Source of the DNA: Felis catus
Lineage: Eukaryota
Direction of reading: 5' to 3'
Length of the DNA stretch: 64,000 bases
NCBI RefSeq assembly: GCF_018350175.1
Contig: NC_058368.1
Location: 230,270,001 to 230,334,000, forward strand
The notes below the pieces were generated by a model, which saw only the letters and a list, made by a program, of their open reading frames with translations, searched no databases and had not been told where the DNA came from. This document shows positions 28,021-40,780 of this stretch, piece by piece (within the stretch, counting starts at the first letter, position 1; every line of letters begins with the position of its first letter). The translations under genes were made by a program, and so were the position numbers.

Positions 28021-28269
28021 AAGTTCTATTTTGCACTTCAAAGATACAGTTTTACTAATAAACATCGATGTTGAACTGGATTCACAATTTTCAAGAAACC
28101 TGAATTCCTAGATTTTACTTTGGCCTTTTCTTCCTCTGAATACTGTTGTTTAGATCAGAAATGAAACTGCCTGTCTCTGCCACCTGTTCACAAATACTGA
28201 GTCAGCTTGCTCTGGCCAACGGACTGCTGTATCATTTGGGTCCTTATTTTTGCCTGTGAGCATTTGAAA

Positions 28270-28730
28270 AAAATTTTATTTTATTTTAATTTTTTTAATG
28301 TTTATTTCTGAGACAGAGCATGAGTGGGGGAGGGGCAGAGAGAGAGGGAGACACAGAATCCGAAGCAGGCTCTAGGCTCTGAGCTGTCAGCACAGAGCCC
28401 GACTCGGGGCTCGAACTCACAAACTGTGAGATCATGACCTGAGCCCAAGTCAGTAGGTCAACCGACTGAGCCACCCAGGCGCCCCTGAAAAAATTTTTAA
28501 ATGTTTATTTATTTTTGAGAGACAGAGAGAGAGAGAGAGACAGAGAGAGAGAGAGAGTGCATGCGCTAGAGGTGGAGGGGCAGAGAGAGAGGGAGACACA
28601 GAATCTGACCGAAGCAGGCTCCAGGCTCTGAGCTGTCAGCACAGAGCCCGACACAGGGCTCGAACTCATGTGAGATCATGACCTAAGCTGAAGTCAGACG
28701 CCTAACCGACTGAGCCACCCAGGTGCCCCC
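28270..28730 (-). mobile_element. Two Can-SINEs in tandem (about 28270-28485 and 28490-28730), nested insertion
   Basis: Outer TSD tttgcc(t/a)gtgagcatttgaaa at 28249 and 28731. Inner TSD-like tgaaaaaa(a)tttt at 28265 and 28486. Confidence 0.9.
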
Positions 28731-31700
28731 TTTGCCAGTGAGCATTTGAAACTGGCTCCCAGATTTGGAAAGAACAGATAATGGCAGGCAGTATGTCCTT
28801 CAGAACCTAATATTAATATTTCCAGATGAAAACATGCAAACACTTATTCTTTGCAAAAGCGAGTGAATTCATACTAAATTAGAGGGTCATAACTTATATA
28901 TTATAGAACTAAAAGAATGTAAACGGGTCCCAATTAAAACCAGAATGTATTTGTTTCATTTTGTCTGGTAAAGTAATTGGTATAATGTGGTAGTAAATTA
29001 TATTATTAGAAGAAAGCAAGAAATGATAAATTGAATGTTACAACTTATTAGGCATTTCTTTCTTTCTTTTGAATATGCCTGCCTCCTTTCTCTATCTAAA
29101 ACAGGGGGGCTCTCACTGTCATCTCTGCAGTAGAATCATGAGGTGAGAGGGTGCCCATTAAGAGAGGCACACAGCCTCTCCTTGCTCAATAGACCAAGTC
29201 CTAATCTTTCGGGGCTATGTCCAGGAATCAGCCTTCCAAAGAGTTCCCTGGATGATTCTTGGGAAAGTAAATGAAGATTTGAGAATTAATCATGTTCTAA
29301 GGAACAAAAATTCAAAGGCTTTTTGTGTGTGCGTGTATTACACATGTATATACATATATGTATGTATGTGTTATATATATGTGTATACATACATACAAAT
29401 TTACATATATGTAAATTTGAGCCGAATCTCAATCAGAGATTGTGCTGCTCTCATGAGCTCATTAAGTGTGATCTTCCACTGAATATTCCAAATCCCTTTG
29501 ATATAAATGTGGCTATTGTGATTGTGAAATTTTGAGTTAAAAAGGAAATCTGTTCAGTTCTTACAACCAATTGTAGTCTGAACTCATGAAGAGTCCATAC
29601 ACTGTGTTTCTTTTTAAAGACAATATGGATTAAATAGGTACTGATAAAATCACTTCCATAAATACCGTGAAATGAATTTCTTACAGAGGGGCCTTTGCTC
29701 TCGCGGCTGGTTCCCTCTGTCTGGGAACCACGTGGATGTCCCTGCATCATGGCTTTCTCTGGCCTTCGGAAGTTTTCTGCTGAAATGTCAAATAAGCAAA
29801 AAGAACTTTCTTGACCACCTTATCAAAACAGTATGCACCACACTTTGTCTGCTGTCCCCTTACCCTGCTTTACTTTTCTTGAGTACCTTTATCCCTATGT
29901 TGAATGAATCAATCTGTTGGTTAATAGGGACTAACCTGCTACATGTAAACGACAGATACAAAACTTAACATGTAGAAATTTATTTGCACATCAGTCTAAA
30001 AACGATAACTGTTTCATATTGCTGGTCAAATGAAAACAGTGCCTGCTGGACTCTGACCCAATGAAACTGTGGTGTGGAGGAACGTGACAAGCCCTTTCTG
30101 CTCCGTGATTATTTCCCCGTGCTGCTGGCTTCCTCCTGGACTAGGAGAGTGTTGTTATTTGTAAATTTTCAGATTTAATTGATGCTATATCTCTTTCTAA
30201 AAAGTATTGCGCATTTCCTTGGTCATTTCAGTCCTTCCCTTTTTGACTTCATTCATCCCTGCAATCTTTGCAATTACCCATTAAAAGCAGTGCTAAGGGT
30301 AGGCTTTAAGATTCTTGCTCCTTGCCTAGGACCCTTGGTCATTAATGTCTGAATCGTGGTTCTATAAAAATTTCCTCATGCCCAGTAAATGCTGGCCCTC
30401 ACATCCTGTCCCCACTCAGACCATCAGGTCTTTTTGTGGTTCCCTTGTTGGGTGTTTTTAGAGACTTAGAATCAAGAACATGATGAAGTTATAACTCTAA
30501 ATCTACGAGTGATGGATGGCTTTCATTTAACTATATAACATTTGGATATAATGACTGTTTCCTTGATTTTTACACTTGTTAAGTCTTTGGCAATATTAAG
30601 AAAGCCTCCAGAAGAAGGAAGAATTGATGGCAGGAACTCAAGGCGTATCATGCTTAAATATATTCCTGGAAAATATGAACATGAGATAATATTCAGTGTG
30701 ATGTTGGCATTTGATAAATCAGATGCAATGAAGCTAATTATGCAAAACAGTTATTTTGAACCTATCATTCATCTGAACACTATCTAAATCAGAGTTGATT
30801 TAATTACTAGCAAAGGGAAAGGTAAGGAACTAACTTGCTCTATTCCTTCCCTTTCCTCAAAACATTCAGTATTTTTTATTAACGCTGAATTCATAGAATT
30901 CTGAGCACTGCCTCAATCATTCAGAAATGGTCTGTTTTGTTTACATAAATTTAAAACAGCCCTGTGTACAATATACCAATAAAGCGTGTATTTATCTGCC
31001 AGCAATTTCGAAACTTTGGAATGGGCTTTTTCTCAAATATACTCGGTGAGAATATTAAAATCTTGGGGGTTACATGATCCTGAAGAAGCAGTGCAGAGTC
31101 ACTGAGCATTGAAGATCTTGTCTGTAAAGTGGCCACCGGTGACTGCCTTGGACGGCCACACAGAGATAGAGCTGCCCGCAGACACTGCTGAAATCAAGGA
31201 ATTCCAAAATCCCGTTGCTTAGAATGGAGTGGAGAGCTCCCAAGTTCGGGCTGTCCAGAGGCTGCTGACAGTTAAATCCCAGCATGGCGTGTGGGTATCG
31301 GCTTTGAAGGTTTAGCCGAAGGGTCTTGCCAAAAGTCCGCTCTCCGCCTCATTCAGTTCTTGTGTGTGTTCTCCGCTCACCGCCATGAGATAACCGTCTC
31401 TCCTTGCTGCCCTGCATCCTTCATTGTCCCCCGGTGTCCTCCACCCCATCTGGCCCAGTGGAGATGATGCTTCTGGGATTCTGACCGTACCTCAGGTGCA
31501 ATGTTGGCTCTCGGTCAACATCGTCTTTTCCGTGTGTCAGCTGAACCTCTTAGCCCTTGCAGGATGCTCTGTCCTCGGGTCCGCAAAGGTTCCCTGGTCC
31601 ACAGCTCTGTTTCAAAGCGACACCTCCTCCCATACAGTGCGAGGAAATGACACAAATAAGGATTTACAAATATTACAAGGCGAGCGATGCGCAGACTCAG

Positions 31701-32383
31701 TTTACAAATTCAACCAGTTAGTGACAGCCACTTGTACCGTTTTTTAGAGGAAGGTAGACTAAATGAGGTGCTTCAGTTTGGAGGGTCAGAGTAAAAGGAA
31801 ATGTGACTTGAAAACCTGTTTCTTTACAATCTGCTTCTCTTAGAGATGTAGGCTGTTGTAAGTCCAGACATGTCCGTTCATTCATTGTCCGGGAAGAAAC
31901 TGCTGATGAGAACGAATTCTGGCTCACTTTTCAGGAACAACATCAGGATGGCTTGCCATCGTGGTTTATTTGTTTGCTCATCATTTTACATAATAATTTC
32001 TGTTGCAGAATTTAAGGTGCAAGGACTATGGGATAAGAAGAGGTTTTTAGGTTCGACTTGTCTGCCTGATTCCTTTAGTAAGGAAGCCAGCCACATTCGT
32101 TAGGCTGAGAAAAATGATGTTTCGCTGGCCCTGTTCAGGGTGGATTTATCTCAGAATCATTATCATCCTTATAGGGAGATCAGGTTTGGGAGCAAAGCAA
32201 GGCAGCTGGGTGATGCCGATAAGCTGATTAGCTTGACATATTGCTGCCATTTCATGCTATTCATTTGATTTTCTGCAGATTTCACCATTTCTGTGTAAAA
32301 AACAAATTCAAATATGTCTTTGATAAAACAAGTTCTGTCTGAATGTTGGTTGGGTCCTAATGTCTCCTGTTCGCTTATTTCAG

Positions 32384-32578
32384 CTGGGTCCCGGGCCTCG
32401 TACAGCAGCCAGCACGGCCACCTGGGCCCGGAACTGCGGGCCCTGCAGTCCCCAGAGCACCACATAGACCCCATCTATGAGGACCGTGTCTATCAGAAGC
32501 CCCCTATGAGGAGTCTCAGCCAGAGCCAGGGGGACCCTCTGCCATCAGCACACACGGGCACGTACCGCACGAGCACAG
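32384..32578 (+). CDS. CTNND2: Delta-catenin internal coding exon, probably exon 8; 195 nt, phase 1 to phase 1
   Basis: (A)[64 protein letters not shown]. Acceptor cttatttcAG (32382-32383), donor CAG|GTGTGT. Joins in frame to the previous exon (G+CT = Ala). Confidence 0.97.
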
Positions 32579-32658
32579 GTGTGTATTCAGCCCCCCCTGG
32601 GTGGTCTGTGCGTAGTAGGCGGCGGGGGGGGCGGGGGTCCTGCTTGGGGGCTCATCAA

Positions 32659-32660
<2 letters not shown>

Positions 32661-32692
<32 letters not shown>
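32661..32692. repeat. (GT)n microsatellite just downstream of the second exon
   Basis: Directly visible. Confidence 0.96.
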
Positions 32693-32699
<7 letters not shown>

Positions 32700-33096
32700 T
32701 GCACACACCTTCTCATCCTCTCTCCCCACCAGCATTATGACCTGCTTCTACCATTAATGTCTGTGATGATAATGAGAGAAACCAAATACGATTCATTTAG
32801 CTACCTGAGTCTCTTTTAAATGAAAGAAGTTTAATGGGGGGGTTGTAAGCTTATTTTGTCCAACAGGCGATCTGAAAGAAAACTAATTTTTTGTGTGCCG
32901 TCGTTAACATATTTGATGAATTTAAGTACTCCAAGAAAGCATAGTCATTATGCAGGACAGAAAAGGCATATGCCTAATGCTGGTAAGTGTTCTTTAATGA
33001 TACAGGCTACCTATCTGGCAAGCTGGGGGGAAACCTATTTAGGAAAATGTCGCATTATTTTGTAAGGCAAACTGAGACTTTGCTTCATAAGCACTA

Positions 33097-33168
33097 TCAG
33101 GTTCAGTCATGTGAAATTATCGTGTAAAGGTCAGATATTGACAATTGCATATGATTCAATCAACCCTA
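33097..33168. mobile_element. Degenerate MADE2-like mariner MITE
   Basis: Imperfect inverted repeats tcaggttcagtcatgtgaaatt and aattgcatatgattcaa..ccta, preceded by TA. Confidence 0.6.
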
Positions 33169-34124
33169 GAGCTCTCCTGGACTAAATATATATTTTGAAT
33201 TGAACACGACCACAGGCTGCGCAAAGAAAGGCAAGCATTTTCCAGAGCATGTAGCCATTTGCAAAATAACTGGTTAAATGCCATGCTTAAATGTGCTGGA
33301 GAGCATTCATCTAACAATAAAATTGATACAATTAAGATATTGAGAACTGCCCTTGTTACAAAGCTTCACATTGCTAAGGAAATTGCGTACAGCAACTGAT
33401 ACACGCTGCACTTGAACCAAGCCTGAGGCGTGGGAAAACCGAAGCTCTGGTCCAGAACTTGGCACACAGGGCCCTGCACCTTCAGACTATTGTAACTTCC
33501 AGTTACCCCGAAGTAGAGCATAGCAATTTTGTTAACTGCATTATGATACTAAATTATACGTTTTGAAATCCAGGCAAGTTAAGTTGCTTTTATGGTCAAT
33601 TACTGATATTTACATTTCAGTATTTCACTGCACCGTAAGAAGAATGGCACAAAATACTCTTTCTTTTATTTTTGACATCATAAATGCCATCCACCGTTAA
33701 TAATTCATATCTTGGTTCAGATGAAAAGGAATACCCATTTATTCTTCTGTCGGAGTTCTCTCATTGTCAGCCTGCTAGAACCACTCCTGTGTGAGGCTGG
33801 GCTCTTTTAACCATTAGTTGGTTTGCATAATAGTAACTAAGGCAATTTTATTTCCATGCACCCCTTACAAAAGGCAAGGATTACCACCTCTGTGATGGTG
33901 AATATGTAATTTGCATAAAAACTGACAACAAAGGGGATTATGTGTTGATTCTCTGTCCTGCATTCCTGTGCTTGAATTGAATTATCTTTTGTTAATAAAC
34001 TTCTGGGGGCTTCATAAAAATTTACCTACAATAAGAAAACGATACTTCATTCTACTGGGTCGGATCAAAGACAGGGGAAGATGTTCACACTTAAAACAAA
34101 ACAAAACTAGTATTTTCTCTAAAC

Positions 34125-34456
34125 TAGGGGTCTGAAAACTCTCGCTCATGGGCCAAATTCAGCTGGCCACCCATTTGATTAGTGCTCCTGAGCTAAAAAT
34201 CATTATTACATTTTAAATGGTTTATGGTCAAATGATGGATAATATTTTCTGATACGTGGAAGTTCTAAGAAATCCAAATTTCAGTGTCTATAAATAAAGT
34301 TTCTGGAACACAGCCATGCCTATTTGTTCCCGTATCATTTCTAGCTGCTTCCACGCTGTAGCAGCTGACTTGAGTAGTTATGGTGGAGACCATCTGGTTG
34401 GTAAAGCTGACAATATTTACTTTCTGGCCCTTGGTAGAAAAGTTGGCTGACCCCTG
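34125..34456. mobile_element. MER58B-like hAT-Charlie MITE
   Basis: TIRs taggggtc and gacccctg, 332 bp, 8-bp TSD ctctaaac (34117-34124) and ctctaagc (34457-34464). Confidence 0.85.
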
Positions 34457-35076
34457 CTCTAAGCCATCAGTGGAGCGCTGTGCTGAATGAACGAACAAGG
34501 GTGTCATCCTCCTTAGGAGGGAAGCCAGCAGTGTCCTCTAAGTGCATCAAGGAGAAAAACGTGTTTGCCTGGGTGTTCTCAGTAACAGTAATCTCTGCCC
34601 TGGCAGAGAGCTGCTGAGGTTGTGACATCCAGATGTCCGAGACCCCAACCCAGGTGCCCTTTTGAGCTTGAGGCACTTTTGAGGAAGTCTGCTGATTTAT
34701 GCAACAATATTGACATTTCCAGGAGTGCATGGATGGTCTCTTGGGGTGACAGGTGGGGAGAACCCACCTCTCTCCAGCTCCTAAGTATAAAGCCACAGGC
34801 TCTATCTCCTCTGCACCTGCTCGGGTCACTCCCTGTTTCTATACTTAATTCATTTCATTTGAAATCCTTATACTTTCTTAGCTAACCCTGCAACGCCAGG
34901 AACTGTCTCTATTAGCACCCACATGTTTGGGGAAATGCCTTTAATATGGGTGTATACCCTTTACTTATAAATTGTATACATAGTATACAATATCATTAAA
35001 TAATATCTAGTAAAAGTCAGGATTACAAATTAATATAAAGAAACATTCTAAGATTGTTTTTTCATATCCAGGAGGT

Positions 35077-35256
35077 TATTTTTTTTGAAAGTTTATTTAT
35101 TTTGAGGGAGAGGGAGAGAGAAAAATCCCAAGCAGGCTCCGCTCTGTCAGCTCAGAGTCCACGCAGGGCTGGATCCCACGAACCTTGAGATCATGATCTG
35201 AGCTGAGATCAAGCAAGAGTCCAGACGTTCAACCTAGTGAGCCACCCAGGCACCCC
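35077..35256 (-). mobile_element. Can-SINE
   Basis: Body and caggaggt flanking duplication. Confidence 0.88.
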
Positions 35257-35903
35257 CAGGAGGTCGTATTTCACATCCTGTGTTGCACACACCCCATACC
35301 GGAGACTTCTGATGCAGAACTTTGAGACGTTTCCGGGGCCAGAGCAAATACCCCAATTGCTTGGGACGGTCTTCTAGGGCCTCTTAGACCCGAAGTATTC
35401 AGGGGCCACTGACTTTTGGCTCCCGTTGTGGCTGAGGTGGTTTGAGCAACCTATCTTAGGTCTCAGCCCTTGGGTTCCTTCAGTGTGACCCCTAAAGCAT
35501 TTCCGGGGGACACATCAAGGAGGTGGGCCACGGGAACTGAGGGGCACTTGTTGTAGTCAACACTTAGGAATGAAGACAAATGCACTTGCCTAAAAAACCA
35601 GGGAATTACTAGATGGCGCTGTAGTAAGAACAGGTGAGTCTGAATGACAGAAGCATGTAGCAGGTGGCTGCTTTCAGAGATCATTCTAAGTTCTCTGAAC
35701 ATAGTCACAAATCCTCAGAACCACCGCATGAAGGAGGTACTGTTACGACACTCATTTTACAGAACACTGAGGCACAGAGATGTTGAGTGACCTTCCCAAG
35801 GCCCCACAGGTTGTATGGAGCCAGTCTTTAAACCTTTGTGCCCAGGCAGTCTTGCTCTGGAACCTGGCTCTTAACGTTCATCTTGGTTGAAACTGTATTT
35901 GTA

Positions 35904-36101
35904 GGGGCTCCGTTGGTTAAGCGCCCAACTCTTGATTTCGGCCCAGGGCATGATCTCACGGTTCGTGAGTTCAGGCTCCACGTGGAGCTCTCTGCTGTCA
36001 GCACAGAGCCGTTTTGGATCCTGTGTCCCCCCTCTTTCTGCCCCTCCCTCGCTTTCTCTCTGTCTCTCTGTCTCTCTCTCTCTCTCGAAAATAAAAAGAA
36101 A
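35904..36101 (+). mobile_element. Can-SINE with short deletion in the head
   Basis: ggggctc-cgttggttaagcg head, CT tract, aaaataaaaa tail. Confidence 0.85.
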
Positions 36102-36185
36102 CTCCATCCTTCTCTCTGCGTGCCTTCTCCAGGTCTCTTTGACTGCCCTAATAACCACTCACCCCTGTTATTTACTCTGAAGACT

Positions 36186-36396
36186 GATTTATTTCTTTAT
36201 TTTTAATGTTTATTTTTGAGAGAGAGAGAGTGCAGTCGAGGGAGTGGCGGGGTGGGGGGCACAGAATCCAAAGCAGGCTGTAGTCTCCAGGCTCAGAGCT
36301 GTCAGCACAGACCCCAATGCGGCACCCAAAACCACAAACTATGAGATCATGATCTGAGCCAAAGTCCCAACCGACTGGGCCACCCAGGCCACCCCC
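36186..36396 (-). mobile_element. Can-SINE (diverged)
   Basis: T-rich tail, GA tract, gagatcatgatctgagcc...ccacccagg. Confidence 0.85.
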
Positions 36397-38399
36397 TTTT
36401 TTTGTAACGTTTGAAGGCTGATTTAAATCTCCATTGGAGACACCAACTCCGATGGGGACCTCTCTCTACCTTTGGGTAGGCAAAGAGGTCCTCAAGGCCT
36501 TCCCAAACCACAAAGCTACCTAACCCTTCTGTGAGAGAGCCTACACACATGTATTTGTGTACATTTATGAGCAGGTTAGGGGGCCAGGGTGCTAACGTCC
36601 TACTTCTCACCTCCCTTCTGCTCCAGACTGTGGAAGGTGAAACTTATACAAACAAGGTTCGCTACTCGACACTGGAAATCAGTGGGATGTTACTCAGCTG
36701 GTGGATACTCTGTCAGGGCTGTGCCAGGAAGCACGGTGTGAAGAGGGTCTTGTGCCCCTGCCCCCGCACGCTCATGCGCCCCCGCCATTGTAAGACAAGA
36801 ACCGCAGACCTTTGCCCCACCCGGTTCCGGCACAAGGGAGCAGGTTCTGAGGACGGCCCGCTGGCCTCCCTGGCCCCAGACGTGCTCTTGGTAGGAAGGC
36901 AGAAAGTAGAGCAGCACGCCCTCACGCCCGAGGACGGGATTGAGATAGAAGCCAGCAGATAGAGGCCAGCAGTGTGGCCCCAGAGATCTCGCCGCCTAAG
37001 AGAAGGCAAAGGGTCACTTCCTGAATCCGCACTGGTGTCTGCTGAACCGAAAGCATCCTCTTGCCAGACCGGACGGCCGCGCATTCCTTGTAGAGCCGGG
37101 AAGTGAGAGGGGCCACCATCGATGTTCTGTCCCTGTGCAGGGAGGCGGAATGGCGTGATCCGCGGCCGAAAAGGCGGGCCAGTGAGTCTGGTGGCAGCGC
37201 GAATATCCCCACCTGCTTTTACAGGACATCAACCCAGTGTCTGAAGCTTTACTTCGTGCGTGATGAAAATTTAAAGAGGCACACTTTTAACTTGGATGTC
37301 TGTTTAAATAAAACATACCTTTCATCTGGGATAAGGCTTGTCAAAACCAGAGCTTATATAATAAGAAGTACAGCCAGGCAGGGACGATGCGATCTTCATG
37401 GATTTGCTTATGATAAAGTCTATTAAGCAGAAACTAAGTAGCACGAATTTTTATTTCAAACGCAAACATACCAGTAACTGTCAACTTAGGAGTCATTTGA
37501 TTAACACAGATGCTTGACTCTGACACTCCCCCCTATCCCGGCCCTCCAAATGCATCTTTCTAAACTAATGAAAATGGCCAATGTCTGCCGTGATGAATGT
37601 CGCAGGAATTTACTTTGGGATAAATGCGTTTCTCCGTGAGTGGAGAAAACAAGCTTTCTGTGATGAATGTGTCAGCTTGTAATAAAAAATGAGTTATCAT
37701 AGGTATGTTGCGAGGAGAAAATCTGCTAACTATCTCTATGAGGTTGACAAATACTAAAACATGAAAAGAAAAAAAGAATGGGATGAAAATATTTGCACGT
37801 GTGGAGAAAGTACTTTGAAAGAACTTAAAATTCTCCACAATAATGGCCACTGCTCAATAAAGGTATAGAGGCATTTCACAGCACCTTCACATTCATACAA
37901 CTTTATTACTATTATTCAGTAACAGGTAAATAACATCTCAATTAAAATCATCATTGGAGTCCACAAAAACGTGGCATGTTAGCGGTTTATTACTTCTTAA
38001 ATGCTGTTACTTCAAACTGTAAAAGTGATTGCTTTCCATTAGAGCAAGTCAAATTAGATCCTTCATAACGGCTTGGTTATTTTTTTTTTTTAAGTCTAGA
38101 AAGTCAGGGGCACGTTATTACCCTATTGGAAAATTTTAATGAACCTGGTGATGAATATCCTCTAAAAATGGAGAAGGGCTTCCAGAAGCTTACCTATATC
38201 AAACCACCTAAAGAGATGTGAATAAAAAGTGTAACTGAGCTCAGCTGAGGGAAGGCAGAGTGTTGGCTAGTAGGAACAGTTTTTTGGTAAAATCCAGAAA
38301 CATCAACACCCGCACCATAATAATGATTCTATTACTAGTAAAACCCCTGCATTAATGCCCCTCCCCACAAAGGCAGTAATACCTGAAGTTAAAAGATTA

Positions 38400-38500
38400 T
38401 GTTCATGATGAGCCCTGAGTAATGTATAGCATCGTTGAATCGCTGTTTTGTACACCTGAAACCAATGTAACATTCAGTGCGAACTGTACTGGAATTAAAA
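38400..38500 (+). mobile_element. Very short carnivore L1 3'-end fragment
   Basis: gatgagccctgagtaatgtatag..gttgaatcgctgttttgtacacctgaaaccaatgtaaca matches the reverse complement of the L1 3' UTR at about 49110-49210. Confidence 0.8.
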
Positions 38501-40090
38501 TGGGGGGGGGGGGGGGAAGATTACATTAAATTTACCCAGGAATATTTTCCCATTGAGTTTAGCACGGATCAGCCTGTGTAGAGTGCAGAAAATGGGAAGG
38601 CCTTTACAGTTGAGTTCTAGATAATAATACTGCTGGGAATATAGCAGATTGAGTGCTAAAAGCTCTTTGTCCCTAAAATAACAGAGTCGAATTCTCTTTA
38701 AGAGAGTTCATGGCCACGTTCTTGGACCTGATGGCACCTAAGCTATCTTTATTTTCTGAGATTGCACAGGGAATAGTATTTAATTATTGTGTTCCTATTT
38801 TGTGTTTAATAAGGGTAAGTGTAGTTTATGTTTTCATATTTCTGTAAATGCAAATATACAGAAAAGCAAAGAGAATTAAAAAAAAAAAAAACAAAAATAA
38901 AGGTTTTTCTTCTTTTGTTGAACCGCACTTTTTATTCCCCCTGCAACCAAATCTCTTCTTGTGCCAGATTATTATATTTTATTGTTTTATTTATTTTTTA
39001 TTTTTTTTTATGGTCAGTAAATAACGGATGTGACCATCTATCATCATCCAAGTAGAATGTCTGGCTGATGAAAAAGGATCCCTTCTCCCCCATTTCGAGC
39101 AAATATCACACATAAAACATCTTTCCCCCTTTTGTACAGTAGACCTTTATTTGTGTAGCTCTGAAGAAAACAGGTAATTTCGTGAACAGTGTAGAAGTCA
39201 GGTGAAGTACCAAGTCAGCTGCTGAAGAGGCTGCTTTTAAAATCTCCCCAAAGGTACCAGCGACATGGCTCGCTGAGCTCTGAGAGCTCATTGAGGGGAG
39301 AAGGGGCCGTTTGCGGAGCAGGTGAGGAGAGAGGGGAGTGTTGGACACGCTGACAGGGAGCCTTCCACTTCAGATGTTTGCCCTGGAAGGTTCCATTGAA
39401 TAGAGCCCTCCTGCAAGGCGGGTGACGTGGTCCGCCGAGCTCTAAAGCTCAAATAAGAGAAAATGTGTGATGGGACAGAAATGCAGGCAACGTGTTAAAG
39501 GAGAAAGTCTTGAAGGGTGTGACCAGTGTCTGCTGATCCACACTAATGGGGGGCCATGGTTTGCATGTGCCACGCTGAGGTCTGAACAGGTAGGGCACAA
39601 AGGGGGAATTTAATTTGTGATGCCGAAGTCATTTTTCCATGTCGTGCTTAAAGAAATACGAGGCATCGCGTTGTTACGCTACTGATGGCTAGTTTGAGAT
39701 CTATTTGAGCCTCACACGTATTCTTCAAGACAGACGGTTGCATGACCCACACTTTAAGAGAGTGTATTTTTCTCCCCGTCTGTATTCCATGTTGCATTAT
39801 TTTCTTTGCACTGATTAGTCTTCTTTTTTTTCTCATTTCGGCAGTACCAACTTGAATTCTCATTTTATACTTTGAAATTCCCATCAGGCATCCTATTTAT
39901 TCTGACCTAAAAGTTTAAACTGTGGATTCAGGAAACTTCTGAAATGTCATTTATCAAATGCCACACATGCGATTATGATTTTCTAATAAGATCTCTCTGG
40001 AAGTTGTTCACCCATCTTAGATTTCAGAGTCTACCCTCTTTTTTCGAATTATAGTGGTATTAGTGATTAAACTAAGACTCAAAGCACTTT

Positions 40091-40289
40091 GAGTGGTGCC
40101 TGGGTGATTCAGTCAGTTAAGTGTCCAACTTCAGCTCAGGTCATGATCTCATGGTTTGTGAGTTCGAGTCCCACATCGAGCTCTACGCTGCCAGTGCAGA
40201 AGCCTGTTTCCGATTCTGCGTCTCCCTCTCTCTTTGCCCCTTCCCTGCTCACACTCTATCTTCAAAAGAAATAAACATTAAAAAAAACT
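40091..40289 (+). mobile_element. Can-SINE
   Basis: Head, CT tract, aataaacattaaaaaaaa tail. Confidence 0.9.
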
Positions 40290-40619
40290 TTGAAATAAAA
40301 TTAAGGTAACTATGAGTATCCCTATTCTTTGATTTTTATAGACATGAACAAGGTTAGGTTTTTTTTCTATGTGAAGAATTTTTCCCTATATTTTTCTGCA
40401 TATCTCAATAAATTCAATTTGAGGGGAAATGATCTAAATTAACACACGAACTTTTACCAATTTTTACTATAATACTCATGTTAATTCCTATTGTAAACCT
40501 GTCTATCCGCTATGCCTTTAGTAGACATTTCCCTTCATTTTAAGCGTCTCATAAATTTTCTCACCATGAAGCTAATTCAGTAACACACATTTTGAAGTTT
40601 AAAATCTGGTCCAGTTGCA

Positions 40620-40780
40620 GCGGTGGTTGTAAGAATAAACTCTGGAGGCAGGGTGCAAGGACTTGATCCCTTCACTGCTAGATACCAGGCAGACTCAGGC
40701 AAGTTACGTAATCTCCCTGTGCCTCAGTTTCCCATCTGTAACATGAGAGTGATGTGTTCAGTCTCTTATAGGGTCTTAGC
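40620..40780 (+). mobile_element. MIR remnant
   Basis: ggcaagttacgtaatctccctgtgcctcagtttcccatctgtaa core. Confidence 0.75.

Noticed and set aside
31378..31394. Kozak-like caccgccATG as an alternative start
   Set aside because: Followed immediately by AGA TAA (Met-Arg-stop).
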